NCBI GenBank assembly: GCA_009777955.1 | Contig: WRKW01000002.1 | Coordinates: 5,294 to 69,293 of the forward strand | DNA length: 64,000 bases | Direction of reading: 5' to 3' | Origin: Alphaproteobacteria bacterium | GTDB lineage: Bacteria > Pseudomonadota > Alphaproteobacteria > Rs-D84 | Program-made: the position numbers and the translations under genes | In this document: positions 20,266 to 29,435 of the stretch, piece after piece | How positions within the stretch are numbered: position 1 is the first letter of the stretch | Layout of the letters: each line of letters starts with the position of its first letter | Notes under the pieces: generated by a model | What the model was told of the DNA's origin: nothing | What the model saw: only the letters and a program-made list of their open reading frames with translations | Databases searched by the model: none

Positions 20266-20724
20266 ATGTCGAAACAAAACAAGATCCTTGTCGGGAAGAT
20301 AGTCGGGGTACAGGGGCTGCGCGGCGAAATCCGTGTGCAATCCTATACCGAAAATTCCGGGGATTTTGCGTGGCTGGACGCAAGTATATGGGCAAATAAC
20401 ATTCGCCCAAAGCAATTTAGATTTGTCCGCGCATTGCCCAACTCCACCGTCGTCATAGCCAGAATCGACGGCATAGATAACCGTACCGCGGCGGAATCAT
20501 TGCGCGGGACAGAATTATTTATTGATCGCGACACCCTGCCCCTGCCCGACGAAAACGAGTATTACATAGCCGATTTAATTGGAATGAATGTTGGTGGTCG
20601 CAAAGTTGCCGCCGTACACAACTTTGGTGCCGGTGACATATTGGAATTGGATGATGGCGAAATGCTATCCTTTACGGGTGCAAAGGTTGATGTAGAAAAA
20701 AGAGAAATAATACTGCACGATTAA
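20266..20724 (+). CDS. rimM: Ribosome maturation factor RimM
   Basis: KILVGKIVGVQGLRGEIRV, the PRC-barrel RimM pattern. Operon position after rpsP. Confidence 0.85.
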   Translation: MSKQNKILVGKIVGVQGLRGEIRVQSYTENSGDFAWLDASIWANNIRPKQFRFVRALPNSTVVIARIDGIDNRTAAESLRGTELFIDRDTLPLPDENEYYIADLIGMNVGGRKVAAVHNFGAGDILELDDGEMLSFTGAKVDVEKREIILHD

Positions 20725-20753
20725 TTCAAATTATAAAGTAAAAGGGGGTTGCA

Positions 20754-21077
20754 ATGAAACTTAACTGCCCACGGAAAGTATTATCGTACATAGATTGTGG
20801 CGATGCTTACGAGATAACGTACATTGATGGTACGTCGACAGGTACCATAAGGTTTAATAAAACCGAATTCTTGAAACAAAATCCGGCGGTTCGCAAAAAT
20901 ATGTATATCGCGCCATGCGGATGGGGGTGGAGTTGCGCCACAACTGGTCGCTGGTGCAAAAAAGTCGAAAACCTTGCAGAACGGGATGTTCCTGATAAGC
21001 TTCAAAGCAGATATGTGCCCTTTCCTTGGCTTGTCAAATGTAACAGGCAATTCTATAAAATGATCAAAAACAGATAA
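20754..21077 (+). CDS. Hypothetical Cys/Trp-containing protein (107 aa) inserted between rimM and trmD
   Basis: Strong RBS AAAGGGGG. No homolog recognised. Confidence 0.35.
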   Translation: MKLNCPRKVLSYIDCGDAYEITYIDGTSTGTIRFNKTEFLKQNPAVRKNMYIAPCGWGWSCATTGRWCKKVENLAERDVPDKLQSRYVPFPWLVKCNRQFYKMIKNR

Positions 21078-21370
21078 TCCCGGAAAAAATGAAAAGGATG
21101 AAAAGTGCAGGAATTTCCAAGAATGTTTTCACAAAAAATAAAAGCCGCAAAGGTCGTTTCTAAACATCCTTTTATGACATGGCGTGTTTATTTACCTGGT
21201 GCCGTTGTACGTGATATAAAAAGCAGTGACCTGTTGGGCGAAAGCGAACCGGAATCCGGTGCCACCATTTATCCGTGCAATCTGGTCTGCGACAGCCGTG
21301 AAGAGTATTGCGTCAAATACGGACGGGAAAATCACAAATGCTGGGGACAGTTTTCTTATATCAGAAAGGG

Positions 21371-22066
21371 ATGCCGTTGATGCATTTCAACATACTGACT
21401 ATTTTTCCAGAAATGTTTCCTGGTACTTTGGGCGGTGGGGTTGTTGGGCGCGCGCTTGAAAAAAAAATCTGGTCATATAGTGCCATGGATCTGCGTGGAT
21501 TCGCGACAGATAATTATGGCAGTGTGGATGATGCCCAATTTGGTGGCGGTGCGGGGCAAGTAATGTTGCCGGAAGTTATTGGCAGTGCGATTGATTCGAT
21601 CCCATCGAATCATCGTGGGGATATTATATGTTTTTCACCGCGTGGCAGGTTATTGGATCAAAAAACAGTCAGAAAATTCGCAGATTCGGGCATGTCACAC
21701 TTCACGCTGATTTGTGGCCGGTACGAAGGAATTGACCAACGTGTCATTGAAGAGTATAATATGACAGAGCTTTCTGTCGGCGATTATATATTGTCTGGTG
21801 GTGAAATTGCGGCCCAGGTTTTTATTGACAGTTTGGTTCGTCTGTTGGATAATGTGGTTAATGGTGGCGCGGATGCGACCGCCAATGAAAGCTTTGAAAT
21901 CGGGGGGTTGGAATGGCCGTTATACACCCGCCCGTCAGCATGGCGTGGACGCAAAGTCCCAGAAGTCCTGTTGTCCGGTCATCACGGCAACATAGAAAGG
22001 TGGCGGAAAGAACAATCGGACGAAATAACAAAAAAGCGTCGTCCGGATTTAGTAAAGGAAAGTTAA
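21371..22066 (+). CDS. trmD: tRNA (guanine37-N1)-methyltransferase TrmD
   Basis: [12 protein letters not shown]...GGGAGQVM...[12 protein letters not shown]. The start could alternatively be the ATG at 21380. Confidence 0.9.
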   Translation: MPLMHFNILTIFPEMFPGTLGGGVVGRALEKKIWSYSAMDLRGFATDNYGSVDDAQFGGGAGQVMLPEVIGSAIDSIPSNHRGDIICFSPRGRLLDQKTVRKFADSGMSHFTLICGRYEGIDQRVIEEYNMTELSVGDYILSGGEIAAQVFIDSLVRLLDNVVNGGADATANESFEIGGLEWPLYTRPSAWRGRKVPEVLLSGHHGNIERWRKEQSDEITKKRRPDLVKES

Positions 22067-22068
22067 AT

Positions 22069-22470
22069 ATGAATATTATTAGCAAAATTGAAAAAAATCA
22101 GATTGAAAAACTTGCCGCTGGCAAGAAAATTCCTGTATTCAAGGCGGGCGACACTGTGCGTGTCGGCGTTAAAATCAAAGATGGCGACAAATTCCGTACC
22201 CAGGTTTTCGAAGGTGTGGTAATTGAAAGGTCAGGCAGCGGGTCGAATGCCGCCTTTACAGTCCGCAAAGATTCTTATGGTGTTGGCGTAGAACGCAAAT
22301 TCCCGCTGTATTCACCATCCATAGAATATATTGAAAAAGTCCGCAATGGAAAAGTCCGCCGTGCGAAATTATTCTTCCTGCGCGCTCTTTCCGGTAAAAA
22401 GGCCAGAATTGTGGAAGATCTTGGCGCGACAGCGGCAGAAAAAAATGCAAGGCAGGGACAGGCGGCATGA
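22069..22470 (+). CDS. rplS: 50S ribosomal protein L19
   Basis: [35 protein letters not shown]...[15 protein letters not shown]. Confidence 0.92.
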   Translation: MNIISKIEKNQIEKLAAGKKIPVFKAGDTVRVGVKIKDGDKFRTQVFEGVVIERSGSGSNAAFTVRKDSYGVGVERKFPLYSPSIEYIEKVRNGKVRRAKLFFLRALSGKKARIVEDLGATAAEKNARQGQAA

Positions 22471-22619
22471 ATCTCTTTCCGAATTTAAGTTTAGAGAAAT
22501 TATCAAAAGTATGCCTTGTCGGTGCGCTTGTGTCGATTGCTTCGCCCGTGCTTGCAAAATATTTTCTTGCGGGTGCGTTATTTGTTGCCGCATCGGATAT
22601 GGTTTCCAGACAGAAATAA

Positions 22620-23017
22620 TGAAGAATATAAAAAAATATCTTTCAGTTCTTTGTGTCTTGTGCTTTGCACCCTGCGCCTTGTCTGCGAATGAATTTATCG
22701 ACAAGAACACCGCCGTTATTCGTATAATGAACAAGGCTGCGGGTCGGGCAAGAAGCATAACCATTCCTGTCGGCAGAAAAACCGAATTTGAAAAGCTGGA
22801 AATACTGATTCGTTCCTGCAAGTCGACGGCTCCGTTTGCGGCACAGGATAACTTTATGTTCATAGAGATAGCGAAAAAGTCCGTGGCCGGACGGGATTCG
22901 GGCAACAATGCCGCCAATGCTACCCAAATATTCAGCGGCTGGATGATTGCAAGCGCGCCGGGTGATAACCCGCTTCAAGATGCTGAATATGACCTTTGGC
23001 TGGTTGAATGCGAATAG
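22620..23017 (+). CDS. Secreted hypothetical protein (132 aa)
   Basis: Signal peptide MKNIKKYLSVLCVLCFAPCALSA. Operon position immediately after rplS. Confidence 0.45.
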
Positions 23018-23033
23018 AATAGAGAGAGAACAA

Positions 23034-23357
23034 ATGAACTTTATAAAAATACATTTGAAACTTATTATTGGGATATTGGCATTGGGCATGGTTGCCGCGA
23101 TGTTTTTTATGTCCATGAAGCCCAGCGATTTGGAAGAAGGTGACTTGCGTGCCTGGCTATCTGCGACATCTGCCCGCCGCCAGGCGGCGATAGAAATTCT
23201 TACCGGTGGGTCTGAAAATATTGGAATTATGGTTGCTTGCATTGATCGTATGGCCGGTTTGCCCGAATCGGGCAAAGTAAAGGTTCGCGATGCCGCGTCC
23301 CTTTGCGCCGTTGGTATTGCGTTGCGGGAAAACAACAGGGATCCTGACACGCAATGA
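23034..23357 (+). CDS. Small membrane protein (107 aa)
   Basis: One N-terminal transmembrane helix. Confidence 0.35.
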   Translation: MNFIKIHLKLIIGILALGMVAAMFFMSMKPSDLEEGDLRAWLSATSARRQAAIEILTGGSENIGIMVACIDRMAGLPESGKVKVRDAASLCAVGIALRENNRDPDTQ

Positions 23358-24424
23358 AAACTTTTGTCGGATCGGTTCAAAAAAAAATCCTTTGCCTTGG
23401 CATTGAATCTTCGTGCGACGAAACCGGTGTCGCCATTGTCGATTCGGAAAGAAATATTTTATCAAATATAATTTATTCCCAAATTCCAGAACATCAAAAA
23501 TACGGCGGGGTTGTTCCTGAACTGGCCGCGCGCGCGCATATTCTGGCGATAGAAGATGTTGTGCGCCGCGCGCTTTCTGTTGCGGGCAGGACAATTGATG
23601 ATATTGATGTTATTGCGGCGACGGCTGGCCCCGGGCTTATCGGGGGGGTGCTGGTCGGATGGCTGGGCGCGGTCGGGATAGCCCAGGCCACTGGAAAGCC
23701 GCTGGTGGCGGTAAATCATCTAGAGGGGCATGCACTGGTGCCACGGCTGACAAATGACACGAAGTTTCCATTTTTGTTGCTATTGGCATCCGGGGGGCAC
23801 AGCCAGATACTTTTGGTAAACGGTGTGGGTAATTATGAATTAATCGGCCAGACGCTTGATGACAGTGCCGGCGAGGCATATGATAAAGTCGCAAAAATGC
23901 TTGGGCTGGGCTATCCCGGCGGGCCGATTGTCGATTCGCGTGCCGGACTTGGCGATTCAGTTGCGTTTAAGTTTCCACGGCCATTATGTGATAAGCCGGG
24001 ATGTGATTTTTCATTCAGTGGATTGAAAACCGCCGCACGCACTTTTGTAGAAAAGCAAAAAGCGATTGACGATACACAAATAAAAAACGATGAATTTATC
24101 AATAATATTTGCGCGTCGTTCCAATCCGCAGTGGTCGATTGTATGGAAAACAGGATGCGCAATGCGATGAAAGACGGGCGTGTTTTGGCTGCATCGCCCA
24201 ATGCCCTGGTTGTGGCGGGTGGTGTTGCGAAAAATTCTGCCATACGCGCGATGCTTTCGGTATTGGCATCGGAATCTGGTATGCAGTATGCCGCCCCGCC
24301 TTTGAACCTTTGTACTGATAACGGGGCTATGATTGCATGGGCCGGAATTGAAAACTATCTTGTTGGAAAGATTGTAAAAGAACCTGTCGCCCCCCGTCCC
24401 CGCTGGCCCTTGACGGAGTTATAA
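23354..24424 (+). CDS. tsaD: tRNA N6-adenosine threonylcarbamoyltransferase TsaD
   Basis: LGIESSCDETGVAIV...VNHLEGHAL...ASGGHS. Kae1/TsaD family. Confidence 0.9.
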   Translation: MKTFVGSVQKKILCLGIESSCDETGVAIVDSERNILSNIIYSQIPEHQKYGGVVPELAARAHILAIEDVVRRALSVAGRTIDDIDVIAATAGPGLIGGVLVGWLGAVGIAQATGKPLVAVNHLEGHALVPRLTNDTKFPFLLLLASGGHSQILLVNGVGNYELIGQTLDDSAGEAYDKVAKMLGLGYPGGPIVDSRAGLGDSVAFKFPRPLCDKPGCDFSFSGLKTAARTFVEKQKAIDDTQIKNDEFINNICASFQSAVVDCMENRMRNAMKDGRVLAASPNALVVAGGVAKNSAIRAMLSVLASESGMQYAAPPLNLCTDNGAMIAWAGIENYLVGKIVKEPVAPRPRWPLTEL

Positions 24425-24442
24425 GCACTTCCCGCAATGACA

Positions 24443-24994
24443 TCAAAGGCCAAGACCCGCAAACAGCGCCGACCGGACAGCGGAAGAGTTCTGGGCGAAG
24501 AATGCGCAATTGAACGCGCAGTTATCCGCGCAAATGGACGGAGTGCTGTAGTCGTTCGCGAAAACCCAAGCCGACAAAGCGACACTAAACCCAGGAATGC
24601 TGGTTATCTTACACCAACAGTATTGTCCGTTATCTGCAACAGGGTTGCCAATGTTAAGGTAGCTTCCGCTTGTATTTGAACAAAGGCTTGTGCCACTGAA
24701 TTCCGATACATTACTCCCGGTACAATTTGTTGCTTTCCAATCGCCAAGGGATAGGTTGGTGCAATCACGATTTTGCGTGGCATTACCACCAGTGCCACCA
24801 CTAGCAGGACACTGGGACCAATCACCACTTGGACAACTCGTCGGACTTATAGGTCTTGCCATACACGCCACAGCGGCAATAGACTGATGCAATGGGATTA
24901 TCGTTAATACAGCAAGGATACTTGTTATCTTTATAGTTTTGTTAAATGTATTCATGATACTCTCTCCTTTGGGTATATTTATATTATACCACAT
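24443..24994 (-). CDS. Cys-rich secreted protein, paralog B (183 aa)
   Basis: Paralog of the 15276..15785 product (MNTFNKTIKITSILAVLTIIPLH...). Confidence 0.6.
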   Translation of the reverse strand: MWYNINIPKGESIMNTFNKTIKITSILAVLTIIPLHQSIAAVACMARPISPTSCPSGDWSQCPASGGTGGNATQNRDCTNLSLGDWKATNCTGSNVSEFSGTSLCSNTSGSYLNIGNPVADNGQYCWCKITSIPGFSVALSAWVFANDYSTPSICADNCAFNCAFFAQNSSAVRSALFAGLGL

Positions 24995-25011
24995 ACCATG
25001 ACAAAGGTCAA
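24983..25011 (-). promoter_or_regulatory. Near-consensus sigma70 promoter for paralog B (TTGACC, 17 nt spacer, TATAAT)
   Basis: Mirror copy of the promoter at 15226..15254. Confidence 0.55.
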
Positions 25012-25023
25012 TTTTTATTTAGT

Positions 25024-25200
25024 CATGTAAAGTAAACGCATTCTTAACGGCTCTTTTAAAAGAGCCGTCATGCCTTCCGCCTTCGCTATCGCTACGGTGC
25101 GACAAGGCGCAGACACCCATTGTTCAATAAGGCATCGTGCGCACAGCGCACGATACATACATTATTCATTATTCATTCAGCTGAAATCCACAACCCATAC
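25024..25200. repeat. Mosaic palindromic repeat, inverted copy (hairpin acggctcttttaaaagagccgt plus cgcacagcgcacgataca...attattcattattcattc)
   Basis: Same modules as the 12303 and 50694 repeats in reverse orientation. Confidence 0.75.
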
Positions 25201-25242
25201 TTTCTACTGGAAAATCCGTTGTGTATTTTATATCATGCTTTT

Positions 25243-26487
25243 ATGACTATCCAGAAACCGGAACCTTTTGTAAAACCTGATATTATTTTCAGTGTCAGCG
25301 ATGCGGCCGCACTGTTGAAAAATGTGGTAGAAACGGCGTTCCCGCAAATAAAAATTCGTGGCGAATTGTCACAAATTACACGTGCCGCCAGCGGACATAT
25401 TTATATGACTGTAAAAGATGCCGGTGCCGCGATAAGCGTGATTATATGGCGTGGTACGCCCGTGCCTTTCCAACTGGCAGATGGATTGGAAGTCATCATA
25501 ACTGGAAAATTTACTACATATCCCGCCCGATCTAATTATCAAATAGTGGCAAACGAAATAGAAATGGCCGGTGCCGGCGCGATATTAAAAATGCTGGAAG
25601 AACGCAAGAAAAAACTGGCGGCAGAGGGTTTGTTTGATGCATCGCGCAAACGCCCTATTCCAAAATTTCCAAATATAATAGGAATTGTGACATCGCCGAC
25701 GGGCGCGGCTTTCCAGGATATACAGAATCGGTTGCGTGAACGTTTTCCGGTGCGTGTGTTGTTATATCCCGCACAGGTTCAGGGGGTAACGGCCGCCGCA
25801 GAGGTTGCCGCCGGGATAGAATATTTCAACAAAATGACCGATGTTCGTCCCGATATAATCATTGTGGCGCGTGGCGGCGGAAGTCTGGAAGATCTTTTGC
25901 CTTTTTCAGAAGAAATCGTTGTTCGCGCAACAGCCGCATCAAAAATTCCGTTGATTTCTGGTGTGGGGCACGAGCCTGACAATATGCTTATAGATTTCGC
26001 AGCAGATATACGTGCCCCGACACCGACGGGCGCGGCGGAAATAGCGGTGCCCACCAAAATATCAATAATGACCGAGATTGAAAATTTGTCGCACAGGATG
26101 TCCGGTGCCTATATCGCGCGGTTTCGTAATTTGCGGCACATAGTTGAAAGTTTGAATGTAAAAAGCCCGCGTCAGATGATTATGGAACGTACACAAAGGC
26201 TGGATGACATTGGTCGTACGATCAATATAATTTTCATGGGTCGTTTGAACGCCGCGCGCACCGCGATTTTGTCCGCAAACAGCTTTCCCGTGTTGTTATC
26301 GAACAAATTGGCCACAGTGCGGCAATCCGTTCTGCACGAAAGCCAGATGTTGAATTCGCTTTCTTATAAAAATGTGTTGTCGCGCGGATATGCAATTGTC
26401 CGTCACAACAATAAAATAATTTCCGTTAAATCAGAATTTGCACGTCCCGTGGAAATAGAATTTATGGACGGCACAGTAAACATATAA
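25243..26487 (+). CDS. xseA: Exodeoxyribonuclease VII large subunit
   Basis: N-terminal OB-fold (GELSQITRAASGHIYMTVKD). Catalytic region (GVGHEPD). Confidence 0.9.
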   Translation: MTIQKPEPFVKPDIIFSVSDAAALLKNVVETAFPQIKIRGELSQITRAASGHIYMTVKDAGAAISVIIWRGTPVPFQLADGLEVIITGKFTTYPARSNYQIVANEIEMAGAGAILKMLEERKKKLAAEGLFDASRKRPIPKFPNIIGIVTSPTGAAFQDIQNRLRERFPVRVLLYPAQVQGVTAAAEVAAGIEYFNKMTDVRPDIIIVARGGGSLEDLLPFSEEIVVRATAASKIPLISGVGHEPDNMLIDFAADIRAPTPTGAAEIAVPTKISIMTEIENLSHRMSGAYIARFRNLRHIVESLNVKSPRQMIMERTQRLDDIGRTINIIFMGRLNAARTAILSANSFPVLLSNKLATVRQSVLHESQMLNSLSYKNVLSRGYAIVRHNNKIISVKSEFARPVEIEFMDGTVNI

Positions 26488-26544
26488 ATTGCAGTTCCGT
26501 TGTTTTAAAAGCTTCGTGCCGTTAAAAATACTTTATCGAATCGC

Positions 26545-27600
26545 TTAATTCCACGGTATAGTGGATTTTCCGCATGAAGAATGACCAATAGGCAATGTGC
26601 CCAGATTCGCACAGATTTGATCTGTGGTGCCAATACCAATTTTATGACATGATAAAGCCCCGTCAGTATCATTTATCATAAAGCATCCATCCCAATCGCA
26701 CGAACATCCGCCCCATAACAATCCGCCCATAGATGTGCAAGCCGTCTGTGTTATTGTTTCGGGACACGAGAATATGTTTCCGGTTGTGTTACATGCGGTA
26801 TGTGTAGCGTTTACAACGCCGTCGCAATGTGCACAAGCCGTGCCGTTCCAATATTGGTTTGCGCCGGGACAGCGCAGTTCGCACTTGTTTTGGAAATAGT
26901 TGGGCACGGCGTAATCCACACAGTTGAAACCGATGTATACTTGCCGAATTTCGGTGCGATTCGCATCGGTGCATATTGCGCCCATTGCGTCCGCGCATAG
27001 ATTGCATGTATTGGTAACTGGATTCCAATATCTTCCAGACCATCTGCTGCATTCAATACAAGCACCTATTCCAGAGCTATAATATTGATAGGCGCAAAAT
27101 TCACAATTTCCATTGGAATATACACTGCCGGCCGGACATCCCGTGGATTGCAACGTACACGAACCCGGTGTTCCATAGTATTTGTTTGCTGCGTCGCATA
27201 TACATCCTGAATGCGATGGATCCGGGATTTCGCCCGTGTTGTCACATGTTTTACAGGCATTGCCATTCCAGTATTGGTTAGAACCATCGCAATTGTCGGG
27301 TCTGGGTAACGGTTCTCCGTAGCCAAGTTCTTCCGAATCGAAATAAAAGGTTTGTCCAGCATAGTTTTTCATGCGCAACGAATTCATTGGCATGCTTGAT
27401 GCGCCGTCGTTTGCGGGCGAATAATATAAATGTCCGCTGTCTGTAAGTATTCTTAACGAATTTGACGGTATGTCTGAAAGTTGTGCGGCCGGGGTCAATG
27501 GTATGGAATATTGTCCTATGCGCAGGGTTTGCTGTGCCAATGCTGTACATGTAATGATTTGTATGACGACAAATAGAAAAAATAATTTTAAATCGCGCAT
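26545..27600 (-). CDS. Cys-rich secreted repeat protein (351 aa)
   Basis: Signal peptide. Recurring NQYWNG.AC..CD motifs and about 40 Cys. Confidence 0.6.
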   Translation of the reverse strand: MRDLKLFFLFVVIQIITCTALAQQTLRIGQYSIPLTPAAQLSDIPSNSLRILTDSGHLYYSPANDGASSMPMNSLRMKNYAGQTFYFDSEELGYGEPLPRPDNCDGSNQYWNGNACKTCDNTGEIPDPSHSGCICDAANKYYGTPGSCTLQSTGCPAGSVYSNGNCEFCAYQYYSSGIGACIECSRWSGRYWNPVTNTCNLCADAMGAICTDANRTEIRQVYIGFNCVDYAVPNYFQNKCELRCPGANQYWNGTACAHCDGVVNATHTACNTTGNIFSCPETITQTACTSMGGLLWGGCSCDWDGCFMINDTDGALSCHKIGIGTTDQICANLGTLPIGHSSCGKSTIPWN

Positions 27601-27671
27601 TTCAAATCTCTTGGGATTGATTGTAAAGAAACATTCTTATTTTGTCTATTCAAAACTTTGCTGTCGTTATG

Positions 27672-29309
27672 TTATTTTTTCAACAGTGCTTTTGCCGCAG
27701 CCAAAGATTCGTCGGTAATTTTTTCCCCCGATATTATGCGGGCGATTTCGTTTATTCGCGCTGTCCCGGTTATCCCGCTGACAGTGGTGGTTGTGGCATC
27801 CTTTGTACTGGTTTTCTTTATAAGAAAATGCTTGTCGGCATGACCGGCAACTTGCGCGCTATGGGTAATGACCAGTGCTTGTCCCGCCGCGGCAAGCCGT
27901 CCCAGACGTTCGCCAACCGCGCTTGCCGTCGCGCCGGAAATTCCAGCATCAACTTCATCAAATACGAATGATTTTTCGGTATCGCCACGCATCAGAACCA
28001 CGCGCAGTGCCAGCATCAGGCGTGCCAATTCCCCGCCAGATGCGATTTTATGCAACGGTGCAAAATTACTTCCGGGATTGGTGCGAATCATGAATGTTAC
28101 AACGTCGGTTCCGGTGGATGATGGCTCGCCGGATTCGATTTGTATCGCAAAGTCCGCCTGCCCCAGCTTCAGTGCGGGCAATTCCGAAAGTATTGCTTTT
28201 CTTAACTTTTCTGATGCGGCAACGCGTGCCAGATTTATATTTTTTGAAAGCTCTATGAAATCTGATTTTTTACTTTTGACTTCTGATTCCAATTTATGTA
28301 ATGCGGCATCATTATCGTCAATTGCGGCCAATTGTTCTTGCATCTGTATTAATCTGTCAGAAAGTTCGTCCGGGCTTATACGATGTTTTCGCGCAATGGC
28401 ACGCAATGCGAACAAACGCTCTTCTGTCTGTTCCAAATCCGCCGTTTCCAATGATGCCGGGGCTATCTGTTCTTCTATTTCTGCGATCATGTTCCCTGTA
28501 TCATACAATTTATCAATTTGTGGTTGATATGGGTTTGGGTCGGTTTTTACACGTTCCAGAATATGTGCGATATTGAAAATTTGTTCACTTAATCCGCGGT
28601 TTGTGCCATTCAAGGCAGCCTTTGCATCGGCCAAGATTCCGGCATTTTTTTCCGCATCCATCATTGCTGCGCGCCGGTTGGACAGATCTTCTTCTTCGCC
28701 CGGTATTGGTTTTAATGTTTCTAATTCTTGGACATTGTGTTCTAGAAATTCACGTTCCGCCGCACTCCGCGCAAGCATGTCGCGCAGTTCGCCCAATTTT
28801 TTTTCCGCATTGCGCATCTCTTGATACGCAATGCGCACACTGGAAACAAATTCATTGTGTCCGCCGAATTCGTCCAATGATGTAATATGCGTCGACGGGT
28901 CAAGAAGAGTATGGTTTTCGAATTGTCCATGGATTTCAATCAGTGTGTCGCCGATTTGTTTTAACATTTTTACGCTGACGGGAACATCGTTTATCCACGC
29001 CTTGCTTTTTCCGTGTGCATCCAATGTACGCCGCAGTATCAATATGCCGTTGTCTGTTTCTATGCCAGATTCGTGCAGATGTGTAATATCTTGCGTGCCT
29101 ATGTCAAATTCTGCCGTGACGCTTGCACCCGCACTGCCTGTGCGAACCAACCCTGCTTCGGATCGTGCGCCCAATGCAAGCGCAAGCGCGTCAAGCAATA
29201 TGCTTTTACCCGCGCCGGTTTCCCCGGTCAATACATTAAGACCCCGGCCGAATTCCAATTCCAACCGATCGATAAGAACTATGTTTGAAATATACAAACG
29301 TGAAAGCAT
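27672..29309 (-). CDS. recN: DNA repair protein RecN
   Basis: MLSRLYISNIVLIDRLELEF...LTGETGAGKSIL (Walker A). Coiled-coil middle. C-terminal signature-motif region (SGGELARLMLAL). Confidence 0.9.
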   Translation of the reverse strand: MLSRLYISNIVLIDRLELEFGRGLNVLTGETGAGKSILLDALALALGARSEAGLVRTGSAGASVTAEFDIGTQDITHLHESGIETDNGILILRRTLDAHGKSKAWINDVPVSVKMLKQIGDTLIEIHGQFENHTLLDPSTHITSLDEFGGHNEFVSSVRIAYQEMRNAEKKLGELRDMLARSAAEREFLEHNVQELETLKPIPGEEEDLSNRRAAMMDAEKNAGILADAKAALNGTNRGLSEQIFNIAHILERVKTDPNPYQPQIDKLYDTGNMIAEIEEQIAPASLETADLEQTEERLFALRAIARKHRISPDELSDRLIQMQEQLAAIDDNDAALHKLESEVKSKKSDFIELSKNINLARVAASEKLRKAILSELPALKLGQADFAIQIESGEPSSTGTDVVTFMIRTNPGSNFAPLHKIASGGELARLMLALRVVLMRGDTEKSFVFDEVDAGISGATASAVGERLGRLAAAGQALVITHSAQVAGHADKHFLIKKTSTKDATTTTVSGITGTARINEIARIISGEKITDESLAAAKALLKK

Positions 29310-29435
29310 ATTTTGATTATATCCCAAAGATTTCGTGGATTTCAATGGAAAAAAGCAGGTGTGATGTTCAAATATCAAAATGGCCGATTATTGTTTATTC
29401 GGGTGTAAAATTGCCAAATCAAATATTCGCGGGTT

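Noticed and set aside
21105-21380. 91-aa GTG-start ORF upstream of trmD, as a confident gene
   Set aside because: The start codon is uncertain and it overlaps the trmD start region. It is kept only as a low-confidence note.
22331-23017. 228-aa ORF starting inside rplS
   Set aside because: The N-terminal part overlaps rplS in another frame. The real gene is the signal-peptide protein starting at 22620.
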